Of a stretch of 64,000 nt of DNA, positions 9,851 through 19,916 are shown piece by piece (position 1 is the first letter of the stretch; each line of letters opens with the position of its first letter). This stretch comes from a virus. Location: positions 26,193 to 90,192 of the IMG/VR virus record IMGVR_UViG_3300020045_002314. One strand, given 5' to 3'. The notes under the pieces are model-generated. The model was given only the letters and a program-made list of their open reading frames with translations, was not told where the DNA came from and searched no databases. Made by a program: the position numbers and the translations under genes.

Positions 9851-12800
9851 ATGATTTGTCCTAATTTAAAAAACAAAGAAGTTAAAATAGAATTTATGAA
9901 GATTTCAAATCTTATAGGTAGTAACAATGCTTATAAGGTTTGGAATTTAAATAATGGTAATCCATTACATTTAAATTCAGATGGTAGCCCTAGTCAAACT
10001 TATAAAGATTTAATGAATAAGTTAATAAATGATGAAGAACTTGTTATTAAAAAGATAAGTGAAAATTTATTAAATAATGAAATAATTATTGAACCTAATG
10101 AACTTCAAAAACAATCATTTATAGCATTTAATGAAATAGCTACTGAACAATATACAAATAAAGTTAAAGATTTATTATTATATAATTTTAGTAAAATAGG
10201 TTTAAATAACATTAACGTAATAGCGGATACTACATTAAAAGATAATGCCAGTGTAGAGAAAATAGATGGTGTTATAACAATTAAATTCAATCCTAATAAA
10301 ATTAAAAACGATAGTATATTTCATGAATTTGGACATATCTATATAGACTTAATAGAAGATAAAGTATTTATACAAAATATTATAGATAAACTTAAAGGTA
10401 CTGATTTATGGTATAAAATAGCTTTATTATATCCTGAACTTACAGAAGAACAATTAGGTAAAGAAGTATTAACTACTGCTATAGGAATGAAAGCAAAAGA
10501 AATATATAATACAAGTGAAGATGTTTCATGGTGGAAATTTATAGTTAATTTAATTAAATCTAAGTTACAAGAATTATTTAATACTAAAGAACATCAAATT
10601 GAACAATTAGCTAATGATTTAATAACAGGTGATTTTAGTAAACAAATAAATCATAATTATGATATATTATTACAACATCAAAAAGATGCTATTGATATTA
10701 ATTCATTAAAAGATTGGACAGAAGCAATACAATCACAATCTAATAAACTACAATCGTTAATAAAACAATATAAAGATTTAGGTATAAGACCTGAGGAAGT
10801 TAATGATAGTATTAAAGTAAAAGCTAAATATGATAGATATTTAAATCATTTAAATAATACTAATTTAACTAATATGTTTGAAGCTTGTGTATCAATGTTA
10901 GAATTTGATAAAACAACTTTAATAACAGTAGAACAAGATATTGAAAAACTTAAAAAAGTATTTAATAAAAACTTTACACCTGAAACAATAACTTTAGATG
11001 AATTTAATTATTTAAATCAACGTATAAACTTTGCACGTAATTTTGTTAATTCAATAATTGATATATCTAATATAACAAATCCATTATTAGCTACAGATTT
11101 AGATTTTATTAATGGAGAATTATCTCAAGAAGAAGTTACATATATAAATAATATTAATAATTCATATTTAAAATTAATGCAATCTGTTGATATTAAAAGT
11201 TTTGATAGACGTGTTAAAGAAATTAATATGGTTTTAGATAAGTTTAGACAAATATCTATGACTTGGGTTTTACAATTAAGTAGTAATCCTAGATATGAAA
11301 AGTTTGAACAATCAGATTGGATGGATTTATATAAAACTGGATTAGTAGATGAAACAACAATGCAATTATATTTCGATTCTATATTTGATAGTAGTAATTC
11401 ATTCTTAGCTAATTTTGCTAAATATGAAATGTTTAATTATTCCTTTATGAATGATGAAATAAGAAGATTAAAAATAGAATTTAATAAACAATTAAAAACA
11501 GCAGGTGGAAATGATGTTTATGATAAGATTATAGAAAATGGTAGATTAATACAAAAATATAAATTTAGTGAATTTTGGACAGACTTAAATAAAGCTTTAA
11601 CAGAAGGTAATAAAAATGATGCATGGAATATTAAATTAAAGTATGCAAATATTGCTACACCTGATGAATTTAATAAAGCTATTGTTAATATGCGTTCTAA
11701 AGTTAAAGATGATTTAGATTTAAAACAAATGTCTGTAGAAGAAGCTAGTAATTATATTACAGAAGAAGAATGGAATCTATGGATTAAAGATAACTTTCAT
11801 CAAAAATCAGATGGTACTTATATACCTAGAATAGGAGGATTATATGCTTTACCTAAAGATACTTATATAAATCCTAAATGGGAAACGTTACAATCTAATC
11901 CTATAACTAAAGAATTTCATGGATATATGGTAGAATTAATGCGTAAACTTACAAGTCATGCTTCTAATTCACCACAGTATAAAGGTTATATGGCTGCTAT
12001 ATCTAAAACTAAATTAAATAAAGTAAAAGTAGAAAAGTTAGATGAAGAGTTTTCAGATATGGATGGTAATAAATTATATACTATCCCATTCCCATTTTTA
12101 GGTTATTTAAGTAATGAAACTAAAATACCAATTCGTCAACAAGTTACTGATGAAACAGATGAAATGTATGAAAAAAGTATAGTTGACTATGCTAATCTTT
12201 TATTTAAAGATAAAGTTGGATTTGTACCTTTTACAACATTAAAAGAAATATTAAAAGAAAATGATAATATTGAAAAACGTAATAAAGAATTTCATAAAGA
12301 ACACGTTAATACAGATTTAAAATATACAATGGATTTATTTATTGAATCAGCTATTACTAATAAATATAAAGCTAGAATGTATGATAGTGTTATGTTAGCA
12401 TTATATTCATTTGAAAATGATACATTAATAAATACAAATAATAAAGGTAAAAATGTTATTGATAAGTTAAAGTATGCAATAGGTTTAACAGATTCAGGAG
12501 AAATTAATAGACAACCAAACACCTATCTTACTAAAGGGGTCTTAACCAAATCAGCTAAACATCTTCGTAAAAAGATTGAAATGACTTTCTTTGATATGTT
12601 TACTAAACCTAATGATTATAATGATGTTCTACAAAAGTTTAAAAATTATACATCTTTAATTGGTATAGGTTTTAATGGTTTAGCAGCATTTAAAAATGTT
12701 ACATATGGTGGTTATATGTCATTAATAGAAAGTAGTTGTAAACAATTTATATCTTTTAAATCATTAGATAAAGGTGCTAGATTATATCATTCAGGATTAG

Positions 12801-14128
12801 TAGATTATTTCTCTACAATGAATAGTGAAACTAGTAATACTTTAGTAGGTGCTTTAATTAAACGCTTAAATATTATAGAAAACTATACAGACTTATTAGA
12901 AAAACAATCACCTAGTTTACATGAAAATAAATTACATAAATTATTTATATCTACAGCTTATGCAGGTACTACAATGGGTGAACATATGATGCATAATACT
13001 GTATTAATGGCTATGTTAAATGAGTATAAATTAATTGATGGTAAACTTACAAATTATAAAGATTATAGTAGGAAATTGATTAAAAAAACTGAAACAGATA
13101 ATATTGATGAAATTGATAAAAAAAACAAAGATTTATTAGATACATTCAATAATACACCTAGTTTAATAAATATGTTTGAATTAATAGATGGTGTAGCTGA
13201 AATTAAAAAAGATGAAAATGGTAAACCATTAATATCAGATATTCAATATGCTCAATTTAAATCATTAGTAAAAGGTGTTAATCAACATCTTCATGGTATT
13301 TATAATAAAGAAGATAAAGGTATTATTGAGAATAATGTTTTAGGTCAATTATTAATGCAATTTAGACATTGGATGCGACCAGGTTGGAATAAGAGGTTTA
13401 ATAGTAGAGGAGTACCATACATCTTTCAAATATGGAATAGTAAAGAATTTGGTGAAAATCAAAACTATTGGAATGAACGTAGAAATGTTGAATCTTATGG
13501 AGATTATAATAGTTTAACTAAAGCATTAACTAGTGGTATTAAAGAACAATATATTGAACATCTTAATAATAAAATAGTAGATAATAAATTAGGTAATAAA
13601 TCTTTAGCTATACTTTCAAGTATTTCATTAGGTATGTATAAACAAATAGTAAATGCTAGAATGTATTGGAATACAATGAATGATGAAGAAAAGTCAGGTG
13701 CTATAAGAGCAATTGCAGAATTAGGTATGGTTGCATTATTAATAACTGTTTATAGTTTAGCATTTGACGACGACGATGATGATAAATACTTTGGTAAAGA
13801 TTTTCTTATATATCAATTAGATGCTTCTATTACAGAGTTATTAAGTTATGTACCTTTATACGGATGGGTTAACGAAGGTCTTAAAGTAACTGCAAATCCT
13901 ACTGGAACATGGTCTACAATGTTAAAGTTATTTAAATTAACTAAAGAATTAGTAGAGTATCCATTTGTAAAAGAAGATGAACTTTATTATAAAAGAGGTG
14001 TACATAAAGGAGAATTACAATTAAAATGGATGTTTATAAACGTAGTACCAATTGGAGGACAAATAAATAGATGGATGAAGTTAGACGACCAAAACAAAGC
14101 ATATAAGCAATGGGGAATGCCACAATAG
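9851..14128 (+). CDS. Large virion/ejection protein with N-terminal zincin-like domain
   Basis: 1425 aa, directly after the RNAP gene. HEFGH (HExxH) motif and a C-terminal hydrophobic helix. Position is typical of crAss-like cargo proteins. Confidence 0.65.
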   Translation: MICPNLKNKEVKIEFMKISNLIGSNNAYKVWNLNNGNPLHLNSDGSPSQTYKDLMNKLINDEELVIKKISENLLNNEIIIEPNELQKQSFIAFNEIATEQYTNKVKDLLLYNFSKIGLNNINVIADTTLKDNASVEKIDGVITIKFNPNKIKNDSIFHEFGHIYIDLIEDKVFIQNIIDKLKGTDLWYKIALLYPELTEEQLGKEVLTTAIGMKAKEIYNTSEDVSWWKFIVNLIKSKLQELFNTKEHQIEQLANDLITGDFSKQINHNYDILLQHQKDAIDINSLKDWTEAIQSQSNKLQSLIKQYKDLGIRPEEVNDSIKVKAKYDRYLNHLNNTNLTNMFEACVSMLEFDKTTLITVEQDIEKLKKVFNKNFTPETITLDEFNYLNQRINFARNFVNSIIDISNITNPLLATDLDFINGELSQEEVTYINNINNSYLKLMQSVDIKSFDRRVKEINMVLDKFRQISMTWVLQLSSNPRYEKFEQSDWMDLYKTGLVDETTMQLYFDSIFDSSNSFLANFAKYEMFNYSFMNDEIRRLKIEFNKQLKTAGGNDVYDKIIENGRLIQKYKFSEFWTDLNKALTEGNKNDAWNIKLKYANIATPDEFNKAIVNMRSKVKDDLDLKQMSVEEASNYITEEEWNLWIKDNFHQKSDGTYIPRIGGLYALPKDTYINPKWETLQSNPITKEFHGYMVELMRKLTSHASNSPQYKGYMAAISKTKLNKVKVEKLDEEFSDMDGNKLYTIPFPFLGYLSNETKIPIRQQVTDETDEMYEKSIVDYANLLFKDKVGFVPFTTLKEILKENDNIEKRNKEFHKEHVNTDLKYTMDLFIESAITNKYKARMYDSVMLALYSFENDTLINTNNKGKNVIDKLKYAIGLTDSGEINRQPNTYLTKGVLTKSAKHLRKKIEMTFFDMFTKPNDYNDVLQKFKNYTSLIGIGFNGLAAFKNVTYGGYMSLIESSCKQFISFKSLDKGARLYHSGLVDYFSTMNSETSNTLVGALIKRLNIIENYTDLLEKQSPSLHENKLHKLFISTAYAGTTMGEHMMHNTVLMAMLNEYKLIDGKLTNYKDYSRKLIKKTETDNIDEIDKKNKDLLDTFNNTPSLINMFELIDGVAEIKKDENGKPLISDIQYAQFKSLVKGVNQHLHGIYNKEDKGIIENNVLGQLLMQFRHWMRPGWNKRFNSRGVPYIFQIWNSKEFGENQNYWNERRNVESYGDYNSLTKALTSGIKEQYIEHLNNKIVDNKLGNKSLAILSSISLGMYKQIVNARMYWNTMNDEEKSGAIRAIAELGMVALLITVYSLAFDDDDDDKYFGKDFLIYQLDASITELLSYVPLYGWVNEGLKVTANPTGTWSTMLKLFKLTKELVEYPFVKEDELYYKRGVHKGELQLKWMFINVVPIGGQINRWMKLDDQNKAYKQWGMPQ

Positions 14129-14148
14129 GTATAAATGTTATAAAAAAT

Positions 14149-14181
14149 AAAGCTGTTAGAAATGAATCTAACAGCTTTTTT
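14149..14181. terminator. Bidirectional intrinsic terminator between convergent modules
   Basis: AAAGCTGTTAGA-aatgaa-TCTAACAGCTTT hairpin flanked by A and T tracts. Confidence 0.85.
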
Positions 14182-14201
14182 AATGAAGAATAATTACAGG
14201 A

Positions 14202-14702
14202 TTATTTACCTGTACTACCTAAACCACCATCACCCCTAAGTGTATCACTTAATTCATCAACTTCAATTACCTTTACTTGTACATAAGGTACAACTTCAAT
14301 TTGTCCTATACGTTCATGATGTCTAATTATTAAATCACATCGTTTACTATTATATGCACCTATTAATAATTCTCCACGATAATCATTATCTATTAATCCA
14401 ATTGCATTAGAAAACATTAAACCTTCTTTAATAGATTTACCACTTCTAGGTCTTAAATCAACTTTATAACCTTCAGGTGGTTCTATTGCAATTCCTGTAT
14501 GAATTATCGCAGTTGTAAAAGGAGGTACTATAATTGTACCATTTGAATTAACATTTAATACACCTTTAATATTATATGCATCATAACATTCTATAATTTC
14601 ATATGAAGATATATCTACACAAACATCCATAGCTGCTGCAAAAGGTGTTTGATATTTAGGTATTATAGCATCTACTGCTAATCTTTTAATTTTTAATTCC
14701 AT
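14202..14702 (-). CDS. dut: dUTPase (trimeric type)
   Basis: Motifs AAMD, RPRSG, GLIDNDYRGE, RIGQ, RGDGGLGSTG. Confidence 0.95.
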   Translation of the reverse strand: MELKIKRLAVDAIIPKYQTPFAAAMDVCVDISSYEIIECYDAYNIKGVLNVNSNGTIIVPPFTTAIIHTGIAIEPPEGYKVDLRPRSGKSIKEGLMFSNAIGLIDNDYRGELLIGAYNSKRCDLIIRHHERIGQIEVVPYVQVKVIEVDELSDTLRGDGGLGSTGK

Positions 14703-14927
14703 TTATTTTACTTTTTCATATTCATAATTATTTTTAATACTATTAAAATATTTTCCTACACTAGTAGATGTTTTTAAAGTATTATATATTTCTTTTTCTA
14801 CATCAAAATATCTAAATGTAGAATCATTTTTAAAAGTAATATATAATATACTCTTATCTTCATCATATCCTATATAAGATATTTGAGAAGATTGTACAGG
14901 AAACATTGATACACTATTTGTTTTCAT
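14703..14927 (-). CDS. KTSC-domain protein
   Basis: VQSSQISYIGYD...L.ITF...Y.Y.DV...SVGKYFN pattern, 74 aa. Confidence 0.85.
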   Translation of the reverse strand: MKTNSVSMFPVQSSQISYIGYDEDKSILYITFKNDSTFRYFDVEKEIYNTLKTSTSVGKYFNSIKNNYEYEKVK

Positions 14928-14930
14928 AAT

Positions 14931-15482
14931 CTAATCTAATTGTGATTGTTTTAATTTAAATAATTCATGTATTATTTTAGCTTCATGATAAGCATCATCA
15001 TATGCTCTATGTTGTTCTAAATAATCTGTATTAGGAAAGAAATAATCCCATGCTTCTTGTACCTTAGGGTATTTATAGCCTGACATCTTTGTATTAGGTA
15101 ACTTCATAATTGGTGTTAATTCTAACATAGGACAAGGATATAAACCTTTATTAAATTTAAATCCACGCATCTCAAAGAATCCTATATCAAAATTTCTATT
15201 AAATGCAGTACATTCATAATTATCAAATATATGTTGTAAAGATTTATTAATATATTTTATATTAACTCCATATCTTATTTCATCTATTGTTAAATTTGAA
15301 TTTTGTATTATCCAACTATTAGCTATCTTTTCTTTAGTTATACCATCTTCATTAGTAACAAAGTTCATTAAGGCTTTAATTTCTCCTGTTTCTAAATCTA
15401 ATGTACATATACCAATTTCTACAATTGCATCAAATTCTTTACTAAATCCTGTTGTTTCAATATCTATTACTGCTATCTCCAT
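14931..15482 (-). CDS. DEDDh 3'-5' exonuclease (DnaQ-like)
   Basis: IDIETTG (ExoI), AFNRNFD (ExoII), HRAYDDA (ExoIII). Confidence 0.9.
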   Translation of the reverse strand: MEIAVIDIETTGFSKEFDAIVEIGICTLDLETGEIKALMNFVTNEDGITKEKIANSWIIQNSNLTIDEIRYGVNIKYINKSLQHIFDNYECTAFNRNFDIGFFEMRGFKFNKGLYPCPMLELTPIMKLPNTKMSGYKYPKVQEAWDYFFPNTDYLEQHRAYDDAYHEAKIIHELFKLKQSQLD

Positions 15483-15484
15483 AT

Positions 15485-15745
15485 TTAAATTATATTAGGT
15501 ACTATAAATATCTTTTCAGGTTTATCATAACTTCTATCAAAATATTCATTTACACCATCCCATTCAGGAGATAACCAATCATATTGCTCAATAGCTTCAT
15601 CTACATCTACAATACTACATTCTCTAATACCATCTGTATTATCATCATTAATCCATATAGGATTATAACCCATAAATACTGTAGGTAATTTCATTATATC
15701 TTCAAATGTTAATGAAGATACTTCAATCCATGTATTTGTTTCCAT
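15485..15745 (-). CDS. Hypothetical protein
   Basis: 86-aa ORF tightly packed in the operon. Confidence 0.6.
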   Translation of the reverse strand: METNTWIEVSSLTFEDIMKLPTVFMGYNPIWINDDNTDGIRECSIVDVDEAIEQYDWLSPEWDGVNEYFDRSYDKPEKIFIVPNII

Positions 15746-15754
15746 ATAATTTTA

Positions 15755-16429
15755 TTATTTAATTCTTAATCCTTCTGTACTAATTAGTTTAGGTTCTTTA
15801 GCTAAATATTCTTGATAATCTTCAACAGTTTCAAAATCACTTTCTGTTTTAGTAGATGTATAAGTACCTGTTTTTAAATCATCTTTTAATTTAGTTTTAT
15901 CTAAAGTATCTGTAATATTAATATCTACATTACAATCTAATTCTGTAATTAAATTACTAATATCGGTTGTAATATCTGCTTTAATTATTTTAAATTTATA
16001 TTCTTTTTTAATATAACTATCATGTTCCCATGTTTCATTTATATCTAAAGATTGTGATTTACTTGTATAAAATCTATATTCAGGTGTTTCAATAACTTTA
16101 TTACCTGTTTTACCTGTAGTACCAAATTTTAATACAATACCTAAAATTAATTCTTTTAGCTTTTTAACTTTCTTATCATTTGATTCTATCTTAGAATTAT
16201 ATAATGATATTCTATTTTTATAATAAGTAGTATTATTTTCTAAATGGTCTATAAACTCTGCAAATTGTGGTAATCGTTCTTTAATTTCTTTTTCACTACC
16301 AAATAAACTTGCTTCTAATTCAGGTGTCATTTCACCTTCATTACTTTCTATTTCATTAAGTACTTCAAAATATTGTTCAATTAATTTAAACATATGATAA
16401 GCACTTGGTTCTTGTATATTATTTTCCAT
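15755..16429 (-). CDS. Gp157-like coiled-coil protein
   Basis: N-terminal L.EIE.NEGE.TPELE followed by a long coiled coil, resembling siphovirus Gp157/Mu Gam-like proteins. Confidence 0.55.
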   Translation of the reverse strand: MENNIQEPSAYHMFKLIEQYFEVLNEIESNEGEMTPELEASLFGSEKEIKERLPQFAEFIDHLENNTTYYKNRISLYNSKIESNDKKVKKLKELILGIVLKFGTTGKTGNKVIETPEYRFYTSKSQSLDINETWEHDSYIKKEYKFKIIKADITTDISNLITELDCNVDINITDTLDKTKLKDDLKTGTYTSTKTESDFETVEDYQEYLAKEPKLISTEGLRIK

Positions 16430-16682
16430 AAGGATTTAAATGTTTAGGAAATGTTAACTCTGTTAATTGATTAAAAAATTCATATTTTTCTTCATATGTT
16501 TTTAATGATATATAAATATTAAAATCATCATTATAGACACCTACATAATCTAATATAATAGTTGATTTTAATTCATATTTTATACAAATTGTAAGAAAGA
16601 ATTGCCATTCTTTATATTCATTTATAAGGGGTATATATTTATTACAAAATGATATTAACCCTATTGCTTTAAAATCTATCAT
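16419..16682 (-). CDS. Hypothetical protein
   Basis: 87-aa ORF overlapping or abutting its neighbours. Confidence 0.55.
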   Translation of the reverse strand: MIDFKAIGLISFCNKYIPLINEYKEWQFFLTICIKYELKSTIILDYVGVYNDDFNIYISLKTYEEKYEFFNQLTELTFPKHLNPYGK

Positions 16683-17672
16683 TTAATTAAATTTAAAAGG
16701 TGTTATTTCTAATTCTTTTTCATTGATTTCTTTAGTAACATTAGCTAATGTAAATTGACTTAATGTTCTTTCAAAATCATTTTGTTTACTAGTGTATTCA
16801 TATCTCGAATATATATAATTTCTAAAACCTATTCTATTATTATATAATATCTTTGATGTTGAAAGTGTCATATTAGATGGACTACCCATTACACTAACTA
16901 AAGTTTTATTAAAATTAAAATTATTAAATAATTTAAAATTATCATTCATTATTTTAAATTCAACTTTGTTAATATATATTTTGTAAGTTTCCATATCTAA
17001 TACAGGTGTTACAAAAATAAGTGTATTTATTAGATTTCTATAATTATTAAAATCAAATTCTTTATAATCTAATATACTACTAAATATAATATTAAATTTT
17101 TTAATATTTCTTGTTTCTTTAAAATTATTTAATATTAAATAATCAGTAGGATTGTCATAAATATAAGTAAATGTATTAACTGGATAGTCACCATTTAAAT
17201 AATATTGATAATTATATTTAGTAAGGATAATTGTATTAGTTTCTATATTTCTATAGTCAGTTCTATTAATATCTAATTGCGTAGTTATATCATTAAATGC
17301 TGCTTCATCTATTATATATACTTTAGCTTTATTATTATTATTTAATATAGTATCTATTGTAGTTATATAACTATAATATAATTCTTCAATAAATATAACA
17401 TCACATTTACTAGCAAAGTTATTTATATCTATTACATTATTTAATGAACCATTTAATAATTTATTTAAATATAATATATTTATTTTACAATTAGTATTAC
17501 CTTTTAATACAGCAGGTAATTGATAAGGATTACTTATCATTAATTTTTGATAATCAATATTAAAATGTTTATTAATTTGATTATAATAATTAAGATGTTG
17601 TAAGTTTATATAAAAAGAATTATCTAAAAATATAAATCCAACTGTAGTATTAGCGTTTATTGAATTAAGCAT
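16683..17672 (-). CDS. Hypothetical protein
   Basis: 329-aa ORF in operon, no motif recognised. Confidence 0.65.
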   Translation of the reverse strand: MLNSINANTTVGFIFLDNSFYINLQHLNYYNQINKHFNIDYQKLMISNPYQLPAVLKGNTNCKINILYLNKLLNGSLNNVIDINNFASKCDVIFIEELYYSYITTIDTILNNNNKAKVYIIDEAAFNDITTQLDINRTDYRNIETNTIILTKYNYQYYLNGDYPVNTFTYIYDNPTDYLILNNFKETRNIKKFNIIFSSILDYKEFDFNNYRNLINTLIFVTPVLDMETYKIYINKVEFKIMNDNFKLFNNFNFNKTLVSVMGSPSNMTLSTSKILYNNRIGFRNYIYSRYEYTSKQNDFERTLSQFTLANVTKEINEKELEITPFKFN

Positions 17673-18040
17673 AAAGTTTTATTATTTCTTATATCGTTTA
17701 GTAATTCTTTTTGTTCTTTAACACAATTTGTATAAAAACTATTAAAATAATTAGTATAACTTAGTGCAACTTGTTTTTTACAACCTAATGTACTTCTTAA
17801 AACATTATATAAATTTCTATAAAATAGATTAGGTATTTCATTGTATGTAACTAATTCATCACCTACATATAATTCAACATTTTTAACTATAAATTTATTA
17901 TATGTATCAATCATAAATTCAATTTTATAATTTACAATAACATCACTTAATGTTTTAGAAAATTCAATTGTTAAATTAGCAGGTATTAAATTATTACTTA
18001 TAGCGTAGTTTAATATTTTATCTTTAATATTATTGTTCAT
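17657..18040 (-). CDS. Hypothetical protein
   Basis: 127-aa ORF. Confidence 0.6.
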   Translation of the reverse strand: MNNNIKDKILNYAISNNLIPANLTIEFSKTLSDVIVNYKIEFMIDTYNKFIVKNVELYVGDELVTYNEIPNLFYRNLYNVLRSTLGCKKQVALSYTNYFNSFYTNCVKEQKELLNDIRNNKTLCLIQ

Positions 18041-18052
18041 ATTTATAAAATT

Positions 18053-18078
18053 AAAAAGGGTATATTTCTATACCCTTT
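18053..18078 (-). terminator. Intrinsic terminator
   Basis: AAAGGGTATA-tttc-TATACCCTTT hairpin with T tract on the minus strand. Confidence 0.75.
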
Positions 18079-18092
18079 AATGATGTTAATGT

Positions 18093-18278
18093 TTAACCAT
18101 TAGCTGTAGTTAGCATAATGTTTATCTTATCTATTCTTGATTGAATTCTACAACGTACTAGTTTAATTTCAGTACTAAATGGTATTGATTCTTTATCTGT
18201 TGTTTCAAAATCATTATCTAATATATTTTGTAATACAGATTTAACTGCTTGTAATTCATTTGTTGTTAAATGTTCCAT
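18093..18278 (-). CDS. Hypothetical protein
   Basis: 61-aa ORF, start overlaps the upstream stop. Confidence 0.55.
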   Translation of the reverse strand: MEHLTTNELQAVKSVLQNILDNDFETTDKESIPFSTEIKLVRCRIQSRIDKINIMLTTANG

Positions 18279-18529
18279 TATAAATAATTTAAAATTATTA
18301 ATTCATCTTCTTTTATATAATTTGTAACTGTTGTATTTTTGATTATATAAAAATCATCTTTTAAGGGGTCTTCAAATCCTTTACTATGACAATAATAAAT
18401 TTGTATTACATTATTACTATCTACTTCAATAATTGGCACAATATCGAATGACCCACCTATATAATTATTAGTTTGTCCTAAAACAAAACTTGACAAAAAT
18501 ACAAAAAATATTAATATTAATTTCTTCAT
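18278..18529 (-). CDS. Small secreted/membrane protein
   Basis: MKKLILIFFVFLSSFVLGQ signal-peptide-like N-terminus. Confidence 0.6.
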   Translation of the reverse strand: MKKLILIFFVFLSSFVLGQTNNYIGGSFDIVPIIEVDSNNVIQIYYCHSKGFEDPLKDDFYIIKNTTVTNYIKEDELIILNYL

Positions 18530-18544
18530 AATTGTTAATTTTTG

Positions 18545-18757
18545 TTAAAAGTCTTTTAGTGCATAACAATATTTACAATGTCTATATTGTTTATGACTAT
18601 CACTTGTTGTATCTATAAAACCATCAAAATGATTATTATCTTTACAAAATTGTTGATTAACTTCTACAGCTTTATTAATAAGATTTATTTTATCTTGTGC
18701 TATTTTTAAATCTCCTTCTAATGCAACTGATATAAATTGTATTTGTTCTTTAGTCAT
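18545..18757 (-). CDS. Hypothetical protein, possible Zn-binding
   Basis: 70 aa, C..H and CxxC near the C-terminus. Confidence 0.55.
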   Translation of the reverse strand: MTKEQIQFISVALEGDLKIAQDKINLINKAVEVNQQFCKDNNHFDGFIDTTSDSHKQYRHCKYCYALKDF

Positions 18758-19916
18758 GATTAAATTTGTTTATAAATAATTCTAAAACTTCATCTCTAAA
18801 CTTAATATCAATTGGTCTTAAATTAATACCTTGTTGTCCATCATTGTTTTCATCTTTATAATTAGTATAATAAGTATAATTGATAGTATAAATTTCATTA
18901 ATATATTTTTTAAGAAATTGATAAGTATTAAAATAACTTTTATCTGTTTCATCAGGATTACCAATAATAATATTTAATATTGGTTTAGCACATGAATTTA
19001 CAACATTACTAAAAGCTTTATTAAAAGTTCTAATATTAAAAGGTTTATTGTATTTTTGTAAAATGAAATCATTATAACTTTCTAATCCTATTTCTACAAA
19101 TTTAATATTAGTATTCATAAATACATTCTTTATATTTTCATGCACTAAATATTTAGGAGAAGTTTGAATTATATATCCACAATAATGGTCATGAAAATTA
19201 GAATGATGTAATTGATAATCTGCTAAAGTTAAGTTTTCATTCCATTTTTTATCTTGAAAAAATGTTTTATCATCAATATAAATTAATTTATGATTTAATT
19301 TATTAATTCCATTACACTGATTTATAATTTGAGAATGACTTAATGATACAACTCCTTTATCAATAGTACAAAAACTACAATGAAAATTACAATTTTTACT
19401 TAGTTGTAATCTAGGTATAGTAGGTTCATTATTAAATAAAGAATAATCTAAACCATAATAATAATCAACTCCTAGTAATTTACACATAGTTTCAATAGAA
19501 TCTACATTAGATATATTAACATATTGGTGAATACCTTGAAATGTATCATCTTCAATAATTGTATAACCGCCCATTATAAATTTAGTTTTAGTACTACAAA
19601 ACATATTTTGTTCTATAAATCTTTTTATAATATGTTTATTACAATCCATTACTGAAAATAAAATATAATCATACCTATTTAAATTAGGTATTTTATTAAA
19701 ATTATCAATAGTTATAATTTTAAATTCTAATTCAAAACTATTTTTTAAAGTATAAGTACATTCAGCTACCCATCTAGGTAATTCATAATAATCTTTATGT
19801 TTATAATAACCATCTTTCTGTGCATATTTGAAGAAACTATCTTCAAATTCTTGTTCTAATTCATTATTTGTTTTAATTAAAGTAGAACTTATTTGCAACA
19901 TTAATATTTTACTCAT
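18750..19916 (-). CDS. Radical SAM protein with N-terminal cobalamin-binding-like region
   Basis: CNFHCSFC (CxxxCxxC), IDDKTF, IGLES, IIGNPDET; N-terminal ...FIMGG resembles the B12-binding domain of class B radical SAM enzymes. Confidence 0.85.
   Translation of the reverse strand: MSKILMLQISSTLIKTNNELEQEFEDSFFKYAQKDGYYKHKDYYELPRWVAECTYTLKNSFELEFKIITIDNFNKIPNLNRYDYILFSVMDCNKHIIKRFIEQNMFCSTKTKFIMGGYTIIEDDTFQGIHQYVNISNVDSIETMCKLLGVDYYYGLDYSLFNNEPTIPRLQLSKNCNFHCSFCTIDKGVVSLSHSQIINQCNGINKLNHKLIYIDDKTFFQDKKWNENLTLADYQLHHSNFHDHYCGYIIQTSPKYLVHENIKNVFMNTNIKFVEIGLESYNDFILQKYNKPFNIRTFNKAFSNVVNSCAKPILNIIIGNPDETDKSYFNTYQFLKKYINEIYTINYTYYTNYKDENNDGQQGINLRPIDIKFRDEVLELFINKFNHD

Noticed and set aside
1350-12522. 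Minus-strand ORFs 1350..1916, 1968..2240, 10105..10290, 12292..12522
   Set aside because: Antisense shadows of the long plus-strand genes.
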